Assembly: GCF_001194135.2 (NCBI RefSeq)
Contig: NC_068988.1
Location: 18,125,768 to 18,189,767, forward strand
Reading direction: 5' to 3'
DNA length: 64,000 nt
Origin: Octopus bimaculoides
Taxonomy: Eukaryota
In this document: one piece after another, positions 26,474 to 41,814 of the stretch
Numbering within the stretch: position 1 is the first letter of the stretch
Layout of the letters: each line of letters starts with the position of its first letter
Notes under the pieces: model-generated
Databases searched by the model: none
The model's input: only the letters and a program-made list of their open reading frames with translations
What the model was told of the DNA's origin: nothing
Translations under genes and position numbers: made by a program

Positions 26474-27184
26474 TATGTTTTGTTTCGATTTATTTTACCA
26501 ATACTAAGCCAAACAGGGTCTACACATACTTTTTACTTACTTATGACAGCCCATCAAAAGTGATGACAGTGTTGATCCATGACATGATCCTCCTCTGCTT
26601 CCAGCACATTGTTTCTCATAGCTGATAAAACCAATATTAGATAGACAGATCCTGTGACACTGAAGGCACAAAAAGTGACCCCAAACAACAGCTGCAGGGG
26701 TTTGATGATGATTTCTCCTCCTCTCCTTCATACAGTCTCTTGCATTTGGTTTCAAAGCACTCTACTCCAGCATCACACATGCCTTCTGATTAACAGCCAA
26801 GGCCTCCAACCAACTGGTAAGAAAGCTACATAAAATGAGAAACCTTTTGGTCTATACATAACTCCAACATAAGAGAGGCTATGTACTTCCAGCTAACATG
26901 TCTGAAGAGTCACCAGTGCTGCTGAGTACATGAAATACCGTCAAGTCAGTATGAAATTTCTAGTAACAATCTGATCAGTCATATGCCATGACCAGTAATA
27001 TACTGTTTAATGATGGTTTAGTTGCCCAAGTGACAGTCAATACTATTTTTCTTAAAGAATAATGAATTTGTAATCCGCCAAATGTATTGAGTAATCCTTC
27101 AATTTAAGCTAAAATTGTTTTTATTATAACATAAAAGCAGACATTAATATACATATCATCATATACATTTATACATATAAGATG

Positions 27185-27221
<37 letters not shown>

Positions 27222-27223
27222 CA

Positions 27224-27254
<31 letters not shown>

Positions 27255-30200
27255 GTACATACATGTATACATATATATATATTCACAAGTATGTATATAT
27301 ATGTGAGTATATACTTAAGGTATGTATTTTTAAAGAAATTTCTAAAAATTAAACTAAAAAAAATTCAACACAAATGTAGAATCTAAATATTTTGATATTT
27401 ATTTTTAGAAAATATTTTGTAACTGTGACTCTGAAGTTTTGCTCGTAGTGGCTTGTCAGACTGCCAGGCAAGACTTCGGACTCCCAGAACCATACATTTT
27501 TTTGTGAAACACAACACTACCTAGTTAAAAACTGGATTTAACCACTCCTCCTCATTGATTCCATTAAATATTTACAGAGTAATAAAATTACTTAAATAAT
27601 ACAACATCCTATGACCTACAAATTCTCAAATAAAACACCAACACACAAGATCTCAAAGCAATTAGATAACATTATCCGACAATATATGCCATAGAGATAA
27701 CAGCATACTTTCATCATCTGAGGCATTCTTTGGGATGTTGGAAGAATCTAATCATAGTTACTGGTAACATCACTTTAGACACAGAAACGGGATCAGCACT
27801 ATGTATTCAGTAAACCAGATGATTCCTAGGGCACTGTAATCTATGGGTGCCACACAGTTTCTGAAGTCCTTAGACAGAATTTCTTAATCCAATCTTTTCA
27901 AAGAATATAAACAAAAAAGACAAAGATAAACAAAACATCATAGCATAGTTTTTAAAGTTTAACTTCAGTATCCATTGTTAAGGAAGAAATGTTTTGGATC
28001 TTCAAACAATGTTTTAACAATATCAGATAATTAAATCATTTCCAGTTGAACTATTATACACTATTTTATTATAAGCTACTACTCCTGGCTGTATTCACAA
28101 AATAGTCATATCTGAGAGAAGAGAGCACACTTTATAGGACTGACCTAAAGTGATAGATATCCCAGCATCAGTCCTGCACAAAATGCCTTTAACTGATGTC
28201 CCCATGACAGATTATTATATATTAAATAGTGTATATAATTCACCAACTCTATCTTCTAATATACTGAGGAAACCATTAATGTTTTGTACATCTGAAATAT
28301 TGGTTTCAAATTTTGGCACAAGGCCAGCAAGTTCAGGGCTTGTGGGTAAGCTAGTTACATCGACTCCAGTGCTCAACTGGTACTTAATTTGTCAATCCTA
28401 AAAGGATGAAAGACAAAGTCCACCTTGGCTAAATTGAACCTCAAAGACAGATGAAAACCACTAAGCATTTCACCCAATGTGGTAAAGATTCTGCCAGTTC
28501 AACACCTTATGCACATCTGAAATATTATCTACAGATTATGTTCTGCATTAAAGCCAACAGTACAAAGTATTTTGTGTGACTTTCTAATCACTGTGTTAAT
28601 CCACTCTCTTGTAAGTGATAGCAACAATAATCTACAAATGATAGTACTTAAATCCAAATATTAAGAATAACAATGTTTATGGTAAACTAGAGTATAGTTG
28701 CAAATACTCTATACCTGCTCTTAATGAGTAATTCAGTTCCTGCAGATTCAACTCTTTTACTGCAGAGAGTCTACATTACACTATGCTATTTCACATAGGC
28801 CCTTTTTCATTGTAACTAATGGCCTTTGGTATTTTAATGGTAATCTGCTTATTTCATAGATGTCAGAAAAATGATGTTTTTTAGTAAGTCTACGTCAACT
28901 GGTCAACCGATTATGTAGTCAAGAAATCATTGATTATTTTATTCACCAGGTGTTGATGGTATAGGCGTGTAATAAAATATACTCTGTATTATAAATAACT
29001 GTGTTTTTTAGGAGAATTAGCTAGATTCTTGAGATGATCTGCTTTTGTTGTAGTTTAAACAGAACAAAACACAAAGAAAATAATGAATACTATAATTAAT
29101 TTTATGAGTTCTGCATGTGGAAATATAATATAGCAAGAATAGCCAGCTGGAAATTTGAGTTCAATTCTATATTCCTTTATACACATTGTCATATTACAAT
29201 GCTTCTATCCAGTTGCTATGGTAATAATCGGATTTGAGTATATCTATTTAACCTAAAGCAAGGGGGGGGGGGAAAAACTTACATTAAGATGAAACTATAT
29301 TTAAGTAATGCTAATTATTATGATGAATATGCATTGTTAGAAAATTAATTAGTCGAGGAAGATGTTTCTGAAACAGTTTCAATTAATCTAGATAATTAAA
29401 AGGGTTAAAGATAATTTGAAAACTTAAATAAGGCCTCATGGAGGCAATGGTAAGTGACCAAAATCTTTGGCAATATGCTGTGCTTGAGAAGACTTGTTAA
29501 GCCAAATGAAATCATAGTTATGGCTAATGCCGGTGTCACATAACTTGCACTTGTGTTGGTGGCACGTAAAAAAGCATCCATTACACTCTTGGAGTGGTTG
29601 GCATTAGGAAGGGCATCCAGCTATAAGAAACCATGCCAAATCAGATTGAAACCTGGTGCAGCTCGCCAGCTTACCAACTTCAGTCAAACTGCCTAAGCCA
29701 TATCACCATGGAAAGCAGATGCTAAATGATGATGATGAGGAGGATGAGGATGAGGATGATGAAATAAATATTTAAAATGTAAGTCCAGTTATTCAAATAA
29801 TCCAAGTACTGGAGTTCACGGCATTACCATATCATCAAATCTTTACTCTAATATTCTTAAAGACTAAATAGAGATTAATGATCAAACTAAGCTTCTTTGG
29901 TGAAGTCTAATACGACAGAAACATGTCCAGATTTGTCCCCATGTTATCAAAGATCAAACACATTGTTTATTACAGTCTATATTTAATTAATTTTCATGAA
30001 ATAAAATTTTAAGTTTGTCTCTCCAGCTATTTTTTTTAATATTAGTATTAATGTCTTCATCATTAAGGGGAAAGTTTTACCTAATTTCTTTTGCCTCTCT
30101 ACATTATGTAGGCTATGGTCTACTGTACAATGAAGTTTTATTGAGCATTTTCTCTAGCCTTTCCTTTAAGTAATTGTTTATGAGTTGTAGTTTCGGATCA

Positions 30201-31378
30201 ATATAAATAGTAAGTGGCTATTTTAGAAAATAATCCCTTAATAAATGCAATATCTGACACTGGTAAGACAAGAAGTAGTTGAAGCCTTTCCAAGATCATC
30301 AGAAACTTAAGTGAAAGCAGAATCAAACCAGATCATAGAACTGGGTCATCAAGTACTTACTACTCCATTCAAAGCACTCTTCATGTATAACATGTAATGT
30401 CTGAGAAAAGTTTCTATAATTTGAAGGGTTGAATATTAAGTTGTAGGTGCAGACAAAATAACTTGCTTGGGGAACTTTATTCTAAGATGTTATGGAAAGA
30501 AAAAAATTTACATAAAAAGATGAATATTTAGGAACCAACGTGTTAGATTTACTATCATTCTGCTAAATTTGAAACTACAACACAGTGATAATTTTTATAA
30601 TATAATAATTTTTATTATATAATTACAAAACAAGCCTTGTGCCTCTAGTAGAGAGAATTATAACTATAAAACGGCAGTCAGATGGTAAAATCAATAAAGC
30701 AATGGGAAAAAATGCCTTGTGGTAGTTTGTTTAAGTCTTTATATTTAAGTTCAAATCCTGCAGAAGTCAAACTTTGCCTTTCATGTTTTAGAGTCAATAA
30801 AATAAAGTGCCAGTCAAGTACTGAGATAGATGATATTGACTAACTCCGCTTCTCAAAATTTCTAGCCTTGTGTCTAAATTGAAACGAGTGCAATGAATTG
30901 ACAGAACTGTTAGAGCATTGGACAAGGTGCCTTGCAGTATTTCTTTTGGTTCCTTACATCCTCAGATCAAACCTCATGAAGTTAACTTTGCCTTTCGTCC
31001 CTTTGATGAAATAAGGTCTCCAGCCAAGATCTGGAGTCCATATCAATCAATTATTCCCCCTCATCTCAAATATCTGACCTTGTGTCTGTGTTAGAAAATT
31101 ATTCTATAATTAAAAGTATAAAGCAAATTTCAAAAGCCTATATGGATTATAGAGATTCACAACAAGAAAGGAAATGTCATTAGTTGTGATTATACCATAT
31201 TAAATATAGTGATAAAAGACTGACTTAAAACTGAATGTTCATAAATATATACAAAGCAATATTTAGGGCTGGCAGGCATTAAACAGAATAACATTAATAT
31301 GAATTTAATTTGTTATGCACCATCTCTTCAATAATTCAACATTTTCAATATTCAACACTGTCGATTATACAGTACCAA

Positions 31379-31409
<31 letters not shown>

Positions 31410-31830
31410 GACAACAACCATATGGGTCGTTTGTGGCCTACATTCATTGAAAGAAACATTTAACCCCATAGACTATATTCAACAGGTGCTTGAATCAATT
31501 GATATTATTAAAAGTGATATATAAAGGTAAATCTATTGATCTGGACAGTAAGATTGTCTGCAGAAATAGTATTTTTTAATGTCAATATTTTATTTAATGC
31601 AGTTAAAAAAAATAGAAATATCAGCAATAATAATTTATTTTGAGGTCAGTGAATTGATAGCTCAATTACAGAGTATCATAAATAACTGGATAATTAAGCA
31701 GTTATTAATTATAATGGCTATTCTTGCCATGACAGACAAAATAAATGTTCATAAAGTGAATGGAAAACAAACATATGTTAATTTTGTGAGTAATCAGGTG
31801 GTTTTAATCGTACTAGGAGGAATAACACTT

Positions 31831-32640
31831 AACTAGATGGACAATTCTCAAATAGAAGGGTAATTCATAACTAGATGCATAAATCTCATCAAGATAGGTA
31901 CCTGGATTAGGTAGGTAATTCACATTAGATGTGTGTCTCATATTTAGATAGATGACTTTACTAGATGGGTAACACGTAATGTTAATTGAAGGTTATTATT
32001 TTAAAGTAAGTTGAAGGTGGTAAGGTAACAAAATCCTTAGTACAGCAAACAAAATGCTCAGCAGTATTTCTTCTGACTCTTTACTTTTTGAGTTCAAATT
32101 CTGCCTTGGTTGACTTTGCCTTTTATCCTTTCAGGGTCAATAAAGTAAAATACTAGTCAAGTACTAGGGTTGACCCCAATCTCCTTAAAATTGCTGGCCT
32201 TGTACCAACATTCAAAACCATAATTTTAAAATAAGTTTAAGAATAATAAAAGAAAATTTAGGGAAAGGGAAATGAAATACTGAAAATAGAGCAGGGTTTA
32301 TTGTAAAATTCATTTTGATTGGGACTTCAGTCTAAATTTTGCCTGGCAATGTATTCAGCCAAGATGGAATAAATATGCTGCAGGACTTTATTTATCAATC
32401 AAAATGGACTTTACAATAAATGAATTACAGATAATTGAATAAGTAACTCATATTACATATGTATCAATCATTAGACTAATCAAATCTAGATTAGTGATTA
32501 ACATCTAGATAAATACACAGTAATTAAATAACTCATATCTGAATAGTTAACTAACATCTAGATGGGTAACTCACAATAGCTTGGTTGGGTAGCTCATAAT
32601 GGAATTGTAATGCATATCTAGATGAGTAACTCATAACCAG
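31831..32640. repeat. Degenerate ~18-19-bp minisatellite in two blocks (31831-31980 and 32435-32640)
   Basis: Recurring CTAGATGGGTAACTCATA-like units. The blocks are separated by about 450 bp containing a family D SINE. Confidence 0.6.
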
Positions 32641-33256
32641 TAACACATTCCAATAGTCATTTGAGTTACACAGCAAGCTGGCGGAATTGATTGCACAGTG
32701 GACAAAATACTTAGCAGCATTTCATCCATCATTACATTCTGAATTCAAATTCCACCAAAGTTGACTTTGCCTTTTATCCATTCAGGGTTGATAAAATAAA
32801 TACCGCTTGAGCTCTTGTGTTGATGAAATCAACTTACAGCCTCCCCTGAAATTGCTGGTCAATATTCATTTGAGTTAGAACAACGATTTAAAAATTAGTA
32901 GAGTCAACTAGATGCTTGGGTAGCTGACATTCACTTTCTTACTCTTAGGTGGATTTTACAGAATCCACTCTGTTGATAGCATTTAGGCCAGGTCTCCTTC
33001 TTTTCCTTCTTTTCTTCCACCTACCTCAAAGGTCCTGAAGGAATCATAGATGTTGCCCTTCTTCTTCTGACTATATCATTAAAATATGTTTATTTTCGGG
33101 TCTAATCATTCTAAGGTCAAAAACTGACAGGATCAACTTTGCCAGTTATCCTTCTGAGATCAATGAGTACTTATAGACACACTAAGTTAAGATATATGTG
33201 TTTGATTCTAGCTAATCAAAGAAACTGCTCATACTGGATGATCAATGAAAACTAAT

Positions 33257-33347
33257 GCCTGGTTTAACTTCTCAGTCAAATCGTCCAACCCATGCTAGCA
33301 TGGAAAGCGGACGTTAAACGATGATGATGATGATGATGATGATGATG
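33257..33347 (+). mobile_element. Family B 5'-truncated young copy with ~12-bp TSD
   Basis: 33271-33347 is identical to the copy at 1-237. Flanked by ATGAAAACTAAT (33245-33256) and ATGAATACTAAT (33345-33356). Confidence 0.85.
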
Positions 33348-36300
33348 AATACTAATCTTTCTTGCAATGAACAAACAATCATTAGAGACAAATATTATTT
33401 GCTTCTATAGCAGAGCATCAATTACCTCTAATTGTGCAGACCTTTCATTACATTTTTCAAATAAGATGCCCTGGAGTGGGCTATAATCCAATGACTAAAA
33501 TCAGAAAATAGTTTTTAAAAAACATTACAAAGCAGAATGTATAAATTGATGATTGTTCAATTATCATCAATTTATTCTTTTGGAAACCACTTCTATGCAA
33601 AGCAGTAAATCAAAGTTACTTGTACTGGCCTTTATTTCATACTGAATAGACAACCTTATGCTAATTTCCTCAAAACTTAATTTTTTAATGTAAAACCTAC
33701 TCAACCAGTCACAACTAATAGTTTCGTTATTTCTAACTAATATCCTATTCAGATGCTAGAATCATTGTATATTATCTACACAAACATTCAGATTCAAATG
33801 TAAATACATAAATACAATACTGTATTCTGCATTTCTCAAATTACTTGAAATATATCCACTTCTATTTATTCAAATATAATATGAATATTTTCTCTTCGAA
33901 GCATTCTGTTTCAATGTGTCTAGTGACTGGAATTGGAAATGACAACTCTAAACAGTATTTTAGTTTATATTTGTTTAGATATTCACCATTTAAACTATGC
34001 TTTTGGTATTCCAAACTGCAACAGATTTTATATATTTTCTACATTAGCTATTTTAAGTAGTGCTCACTGTAACTGTTTTTAGATAGTTCTCAGTAATGTT
34101 GTTTATAGATCAACAGACAAGATATCATGTCTCCTAGTTTAACATTTTATCTATAAAAGGATCAAACAACTCTTTGCTTCCTCCATAAAATCTTTAGACT
34201 ACTTTAGCCTTCTCAGCCAAGGTCAAGCAAGATAAAACATAGCAAGGACAAAACGACAAATACAAGGATAATCACCAAAACAGAATATATCAAGCTAGGA
34301 GCAAGCCTCCCACTATTACCACCTATCACATTCTGGATGTTTTACGGGATCAAAAGTGAGGAGCTTGAGAAAGTGTCTATTTCTGCTTATGACTACATAC
34401 ATAGGTACTGAAAACAATCAAGAAAAGTACAGTACATGCTCTTAAGCCCTACTCATTTATTGTACTGCAACATTTAAAAAAACTTAGTACCATGGAAATA
34501 TCTTTGTATTTAATTGAATGATACAAAAATAGGCTTACATCATTGTTGAATGAGTGATATTATCTGCAGTGACATAGGTGTGTTCTACATAACATTATAT
34601 TACAGAAATTATGAAGGGAGACATTCAGTCTTCCAAATATAGCTCAGGATTCAAAAATATCCTTCTACAGACATTAGAACAGGATATTGCAAATTCACAC
34701 ATAGTTCCTTTCCTGTTTACAGTTGAATCATCCAGAAGCAAACATTCACTCATAAATACAGTCAATACAAGCATAACAATTCAAATGTAAATATGCAAAT
34801 ACAATAATACATTCTGTATAGATGGAACTTTGTTGGTTTCTGCAATGAGGATTATGATAAACATCATTCGGTTGCACTGCTTGTAAGGATTCCTGTGACT
34901 ATCTGTCACCAGCCAGTTTTATTGTTTATCATATTCAGCAGGTCAGAGGGATTGCAGTTCTGCTTGATGTAGGTCTTCAATGAGAATTAGGTTAACTGAA
35001 TTACCTCCTCTTTGATTTAGCTTATAAATGGCTGAGTACTTCACAAACACATGTCCCCTTAATGTAATTCTCAGGTAGATTTAGTATAATACAGTGTGTA
35101 ACCTTTGAATTATAGATAATTCATTTGATGGGCTTCTACATAATTTCTATCTACCATTCAGAAGGTATTGGTCAACCTAAAAGCTATAAAAAATGTTATT
35201 TGTCCAAGATGCTATCAATGGAATTGGGCTTGGGAACTCACAATATTTACCAAATGCTAATTTGACACAAAAATCATGTTGTTATCACATCACTTGTCAT
35301 TTTTACATAATATTTTTAAAATAATACCACATCAACAATTAGAATTGAGCAGAGTTTCAGAATATCACATTGAATGAAATCAACAAATCTTAAATAATTT
35401 TAAAAGAAACAAAAAAAAAAAAAAATTGTAAAATAAGATTTTTATAAATTTGAATTTTGTGATATTTCCATTCTTTCATCTTTCTTCAAAAAAAAATTGT
35501 ATCTAAAAACTCTTTAATAAAAACAAATCTAAACTGTAGTAATAATAATTATTTAAAAGAGCCAGCATATTAATCTTAAAATGTTTTGTAAATTTATATT
35601 AATAAATATTAATAAAGTAATTCTTTTGACATAATTAAAAGTCGTATACTAAAAATAATTAACTGTGATATAACTTTAGCGTAATTTCCTTTATATTTGC
35701 TACATTGTGATTTCTTCATTTCCTTTTCTTCATTTATTTTTTTTTAATTTCTTTCTTTTCAAATGTTCTCTTTTGTAAAAGGCTGGCTCTGTACTATATC
35801 CTTGTGTGTATATTTCTGTATCAGATATGAATGATTTAGGAATATTATACATTATATATTAATTTTCTTCCACTTTTCATTTTTGTATTTAAACAAAAAG
35901 AATGCCGCTCCAAATTTTTTCTTATGTTAAAAGACTCAGAACTACATGTCATTTATATACATGTATGTATATGTACATACATATGAGTGTAGGTAGATAC
36001 AACCTACCTACTTATATATATATTTCCTTTCAGATGTTCCAATGAAAGCTTGTTGATATCTATTTTGGGGATGAGCAATATCAAAAGTCTATGGTACAAA
36101 GTTAAAATAATAATAAATGAAAAAAGTGAAGCATACATTTGTTGTTGACATCATAAGAATGAAAGCAACACTTTGAGCTCCACCATTCCAAAAAACATTT
36201 ATTATTTCACATTACCTCAACAGCATACAATTCTTGCTGGTAAGATTGAAGTTTCTAAAATAGATTGAGAAACTCAGAGAATTGTTTTAGTCCAAAGGCA

Positions 36301-37682
36301 GAATGCCAGTTATATTCACAGGAGATGCGAGTTCAAGTTCCATTGGCAACCATCGACATTTTCTGTCCAGAGCAGTTGTTAACCCATTATTTCCATTCCA
36401 TTATGTGTAGCTTTATCAACTTCACCATTTCCAAAGAAGAAATACATCTATATTTAAAAAGAAAAGAAAATGTGAACATTTCCTGGGGAAGATTTTGACA
36501 TTAGTCTCTTCATGCTTCATTTTGATCATCTCCAAGATAAGATAGTTTTCTAACTTTGATTTATATGCTTGGATTATATAAAGTTTTAATTGTTGCTTTA
36601 AATTATTTTGAAATATTGGAACTCACTGGAGAGCATTCTGAAAATGTTGCACTAATAACCCTCACAAGAATGGTTATGCAGATGGATGGATGAATGCTAA
36701 TACTTAGATATTAAATGTAATTACCTAGCTAAATCTACAACAACATAAGCCAATATAAAACAAGATAATATTTTTTCATATATATTCAATACAGAATAAT
36801 GAAGAATTGTTATAAATGAGTACATAGGGTGCTGTCATTTCATCGTATCCTGCTACTCATGGTATGAGCTGCATTACTGAATATGACTGAAAAATATCAC
36901 TCTGCAAGAAATCATATTTTCTCATGCAAAAGTAATTGAATTAAGGAAATAGTTAACAAAATGTTATTCCTGAACACATGTCAATCTGTCAATGAAAATC
37001 ATCGCTATACATTTTAGTTTAATATCACAAATTTTATTGCTTTCACTACAATAAAACCTAAATATGAGTCCAAAAATAATTGGGGAAACTTCTACATCTG
37101 TCTTGGTGTATGTTCCATATTCCAATTAAAATTAGATGTTGCAATAATATTTAGGTTTAAAAACTGTGAGAACTAAAAACTAACTTCAGAAAAAAAATAC
37201 AGGTTTTAATAGCAGAAACTTTTATGTCCGAATTGGGAACAGGCTTGTTTGTGTGGTAAAAAAGTTTGGCTCAGATATGGATATATGCTTAAGAAGTTTG
37301 ACTTCACAACCATATGGCTCCAAAATCAGTTTGCTATCTGGTACCTTGCCCAAATGTCTTCTATATAGTCTTGGGTTTACCAATAACATATGAGCTGAAT
37401 TTGATAGCCAAAAACTGTGTGGATGCCCAAGTCATACCTTGTGTGTGAATCTGGATTGGTGGAAACTTAAGAAGTCTGTCATATGGACTGTAATTGTAGT
37501 TTGAGGGTACAGCCTTACACATACAGTGTCATGGTGATTTTACTTGTGAATTACCTGGAAGGTACTTCTGTTTGTAGAACTTCAGCCATTTACATGCTAA
37601 TTCAATGAGCAAACAGTTCAGTTGATTGAAGTGAACCCTTGTCATTCAAGGTTACAGATATTCTTCAATATATGTATGTTCA

Positions 37683-37719
<37 letters not shown>

Positions 37720-38357
37720 ACATTGCCAAGAAAATTGAAAAACTGGTATTTTTCAAAAAATGTATCTTGTAATATTTGCTGTGCATCATATTACAGGCAC
37801 TTTTTCTTTATTTTCACTGCTACAAATATTGTTAACTAATAATTGGTCATTTGACACTTGTAACCAGTGATACTACTGTTCCCCAGTTGGGATACAAATA
37901 AATAGAGAAAATAAGTATGTAATCAATTCATTAACAAAAAAAAAAGCTTGTTTCTATGAATTGTAAATCGTTTCTTTTTAAATAAAGCATCAGTGCAGAT
38001 CAATATCTGCAGACTTATGCTGAGTACTTAGCTCTATTTCAGTTTACCCTAGCTGGAAATTGGATGCCAAATGGAGGACATGCAGAAATAGAGAGCTAAT
38101 ATGACAAATTCATTAGCTTGTAGCTTTTCTTTTTCTTTTTACTTTGCTTCCGTTAAGGATGCAATTAGTGATTACTAATTAGGGAATGCAGTTCGGTTAA
38201 TTTAGTAAATTTACTACTAAAAAACATATAAACAAGGTTCCAGTTATTTTGTAATTACTAAAACAACTTAACTACATTTATATATATTAACCAATGGCAT
38301 GTTATAACATGAGAAATTAAGAGATGGGCTAACAAGAAAAGTTAACTAGTTAAAAGA

Positions 38358-38397
<40 letters not shown>

Positions 38398-39146
38398 AAA
38401 AGAAAAAACTATCTAAACATTGCTAATGAGGATTTTAAAACAAAAATCTTTTTAGTCTTCAATTCTTTTCAAAGTAATGTATGCAGAAACTTTGAAAAAT
38501 TTTATTTGTTGAACGCACTCTGATGTCAGTTATTATTGAAAATAGTGAGATTAACAAGATTAATGATAATAATGATGTACATATTGGTGATTAGGTGAAT
38601 GGTATAGTGTGGGTTGAGGCTGCCCTTTGTAGTGGTCAGACTGGCTGCTGTCTTCCTTAAATGTAACATGCCTTTGACTTTAACAAACACACTTATGTAA
38701 AGTGGTTACCCCATGCAAACTGCTTACTATTTACATCCCATATCAAAATGATTCAAGACCTGACAAATCAATACAAGCTTTTCATTGGAACATCCTGATG
38801 AACACAGATGTACATCGTACATACATATATATATATAATGAGCATGTAATGTGCATGTATACATTTATATGAGTTAAATTTAGACACAGTGAAAAAGAAT
38901 ATAAAATAAGTGTGCAAATTCGTCCATTTTATTCTTACTTACTGTGTCCTTTCTGAGTTTGAACTTACTTAAAAAAATATATATATACTTCTGTTTAGTG
39001 ATCAATGCAATAACTTTCAAAGTGAATTGTATCATGCATCTTCTGTTGACCAGGTAAACATGGTTCAATAAGCAATAATTTCATAGCCTGGAATTAGATA
39101 TTATTTCTCTTTTGATCCATGTTCAAATATTTATTCTTCTTGGGTC

Positions 39147-39187
<41 letters not shown>

Positions 39188-39854
39188 NNNNNNNNNNNNN
39201 NNNNNNNNNNNNNNNNNNNNNNNNNNNNNNNNNNNNNNNNNNNNNNNNNNNNNNNNNNNNNNNNNNNNNNNNNNNNNNNNNNNNNNNATATATATATATA
39301 TATACATATAATGTATATATGCATATATATATGTTATATATACACAAGCACTCACATCTATAGCGTTATTGTTCATCTTCGATCATGGCCGATATTCTTA
39401 GATATTTGTTACAAAAAAAGAACAAAAAAAGTGAATCACTTTCCACTGTGTTCATTTGTATATAATCTAAAACAAGATTTACTCACAAGACAGACATTTT
39501 TTTGTAATCATAAAAATAAAATTGAAAAATAAAAGTGAGCTAGTAAATGGTTACTGAACAGTTTAAAGAATGTTTTCATTTTTTTATTCTCTCTCTCTTT
39601 AGACTGCTATTATAAAATTACTTCTAGGCATTTTTTTTGTGTGTTTGTGTGTGTGTACATATATACTGTAAAAATGAATATATGCATACACACATAATAC
39701 GCCAACACAAGTGCGCATATATATGCACCCATATGCTATAGAATAGAGTCATGAATTTGAAGTGCTCTGGATAAGATTTTCTTTTTTGTCTGAAAGCTTT
39801 GTAAGCATATGTTTGTGACTATATGCTGTCATAAATGTATAATCAGATATATGT

Positions 39855-39886
39855 GTGTACGTGTGTGTGTGTACGTGTGTATGTGT

Positions 39887-39976
<90 letters not shown>
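39855..39976. repeat. Long (GT)n microsatellite (representative of dozens of TA/TG/TATG tracts)
   Basis: About 90 bp of uninterrupted GT. Other tracts include 1577-1650, 3500-3730, 20080-20215 (TC/TCTG) and 59480-59578. Confidence 0.95.
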
Positions 39977-39978
<2 letters not shown>

Positions 39979-40798
39979 ATGAGCAGCTACCTATATGCAG
40001 CTTATCAGTATATCTTTTCAAAAGCCTCCACATTCAAACAAAGAGCTTCTACACAACTATACCTACATGCATAGGCAAAGTGTATCAGACTGCATCTTTC
40101 TTCATAAGCACAATTCAGTTCCATGTTGCAAGTTTGGGCATGTTATAATGACAATAAATAGATTTACCTCTGCATCACAATTTATACATTCAAAATAAAG
40201 ACGACAATTGCCATTATCTGCTTGAAAGAGAAGTTATTGCAAGATCTTCTGACATACATAATGCTTCTACATCAAACCAATGAGGTCTCTAAACAACCTT
40301 CTCTAAATGAAGTAGGTGTTTGTAATTCTTCTACTGATTCCTTTAAGATAATGTGTGCATACTCACACTCGTAGATGCAACAGTCCAAACTATTTTAAAA
40401 GAAAGAGTAATAGGAGTGAAATTTTCTCCTCTTAGATATCAGGTTCATTTCTTATATGATCAAAAAATTTTATAGGCAGTGATAAATAAACATATCATCT
40501 ATCCAGAGGTGTATGTAGGAATACACATATATTTATATGATGACTATAAACTTGTTAAAATGGCTAGCTGTATGCTTAGAATCTGAAATAAATTGTGTTC
40601 ATGCACACTCTCAGACACATACTTACATTCAGACATTGATAAATTCCATCAGTGTGTACCGTATATATGGCTATATGGTTAAGAATTATGCTTCACAATC
40701 ATATGGGTTTGGGTTCAATCCTACTGTGCTCCACTTTGGGTGTCCTCTACTATAATGTCTGGTCAACCAAACCCTTGTGAATATAGTTAGTGGATAAC

Positions 40799-40836
<38 letters not shown>

Positions 40837-40856
40837 CACACATTATGTGCATATAC

Positions 40857-40901
<45 letters not shown>

Positions 40902-41308
40902 CATGCAGGTATGTGTATGTGTGAATGATTATATTCTGTGCTATTTCAAAATATTACTGAACAGTGATGCCGGCAAATCTCACTGTCCACATTTCAGATA
41001 CAGATGGTGATGTTGTCATTTCTCTATCAGAAACCACTCAGTAGCTGTGTTGTTTTGTGGATGAATGTAACAAAAATTTCCTTACGTGTAAAACGAGTAA
41101 GGGTTAGTAACAGGAAGGTAACCAGCTGTAAAAAACAATACCTCAATAATATACAGTCATCTAAACAATGCCAACATTGTAAAAGTATGTAAAAAAAAAT
41201 GGGCTAAGTTGCATTTATACATATGTATTTATTGTAAGTTTGTACTGAATGTAATTCTTATTCTGTACTCAATACTAATTCCCAGTTAACTACATTTTAA
41301 GACTGGTA

Positions 41309-41350
41309 TTCAAATTTAGACAAGCTCTTTGATGCTTGTCTAAATTTGAA
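41309..41350. repeat. Perfect 17-bp inverted repeat, 8-nt loop
   Basis: TTCAAATTTAGACAAGC-tctttgat-GCTTGTCTAAATTTGAA. Confidence 0.85.
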
Positions 41351-41814
41351 CTCCATATAAAAATGTTAACAGATATATCATGTATTTCCTCACTCATAGT
41401 CATATTTATGTAATGTGGTTCAAAAAAGATTGGTACTGAATGAATTGTAACTTTTCACATTTGTTTAGATATTTTTGTTTGGCATAGGGTATTTTGTAAT
41501 AAATGAAACAGGGTTTATCTCAGGAGCAGATCCATATATACGTAAATTTTAGATTCCAGGTTATTTAAACCATTCCAGATCTATCAAAAATCATCACAAA
41601 TTGCTGTAATCTGTTTAGGTTTTATTTATCTTTGAAGTTATTTTTAGTAGCTTTATTTTCATTGTTTGGTTTTCATTGCTTTTGAGATAATTTTATTAAT
41701 TGTTCAAGAAATACATTTATGTATGTTCAACATTGATGTAAGAGTAAAATAGTCTGTACTTCTATAACAGTAGTCTGTTCAATATCGTTGATTGTAAACA
41801 TTAGAGAATGATAA

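Noticed and set aside
36230-36480. Minus-strand acceptor-like site with short protein-looking frames (MYFFFGNGEVDK..., TTALDRKCRWLPMELELASP...)
   Set aside because: In-frame stops, no convincing donor, no recognisable homology.
38163-38180. AATTAGT-gatt-ACTAATT homeodomain-like palindrome
   Set aside because: A 7-bp AT-rich inverted repeat is expected by chance in this composition.
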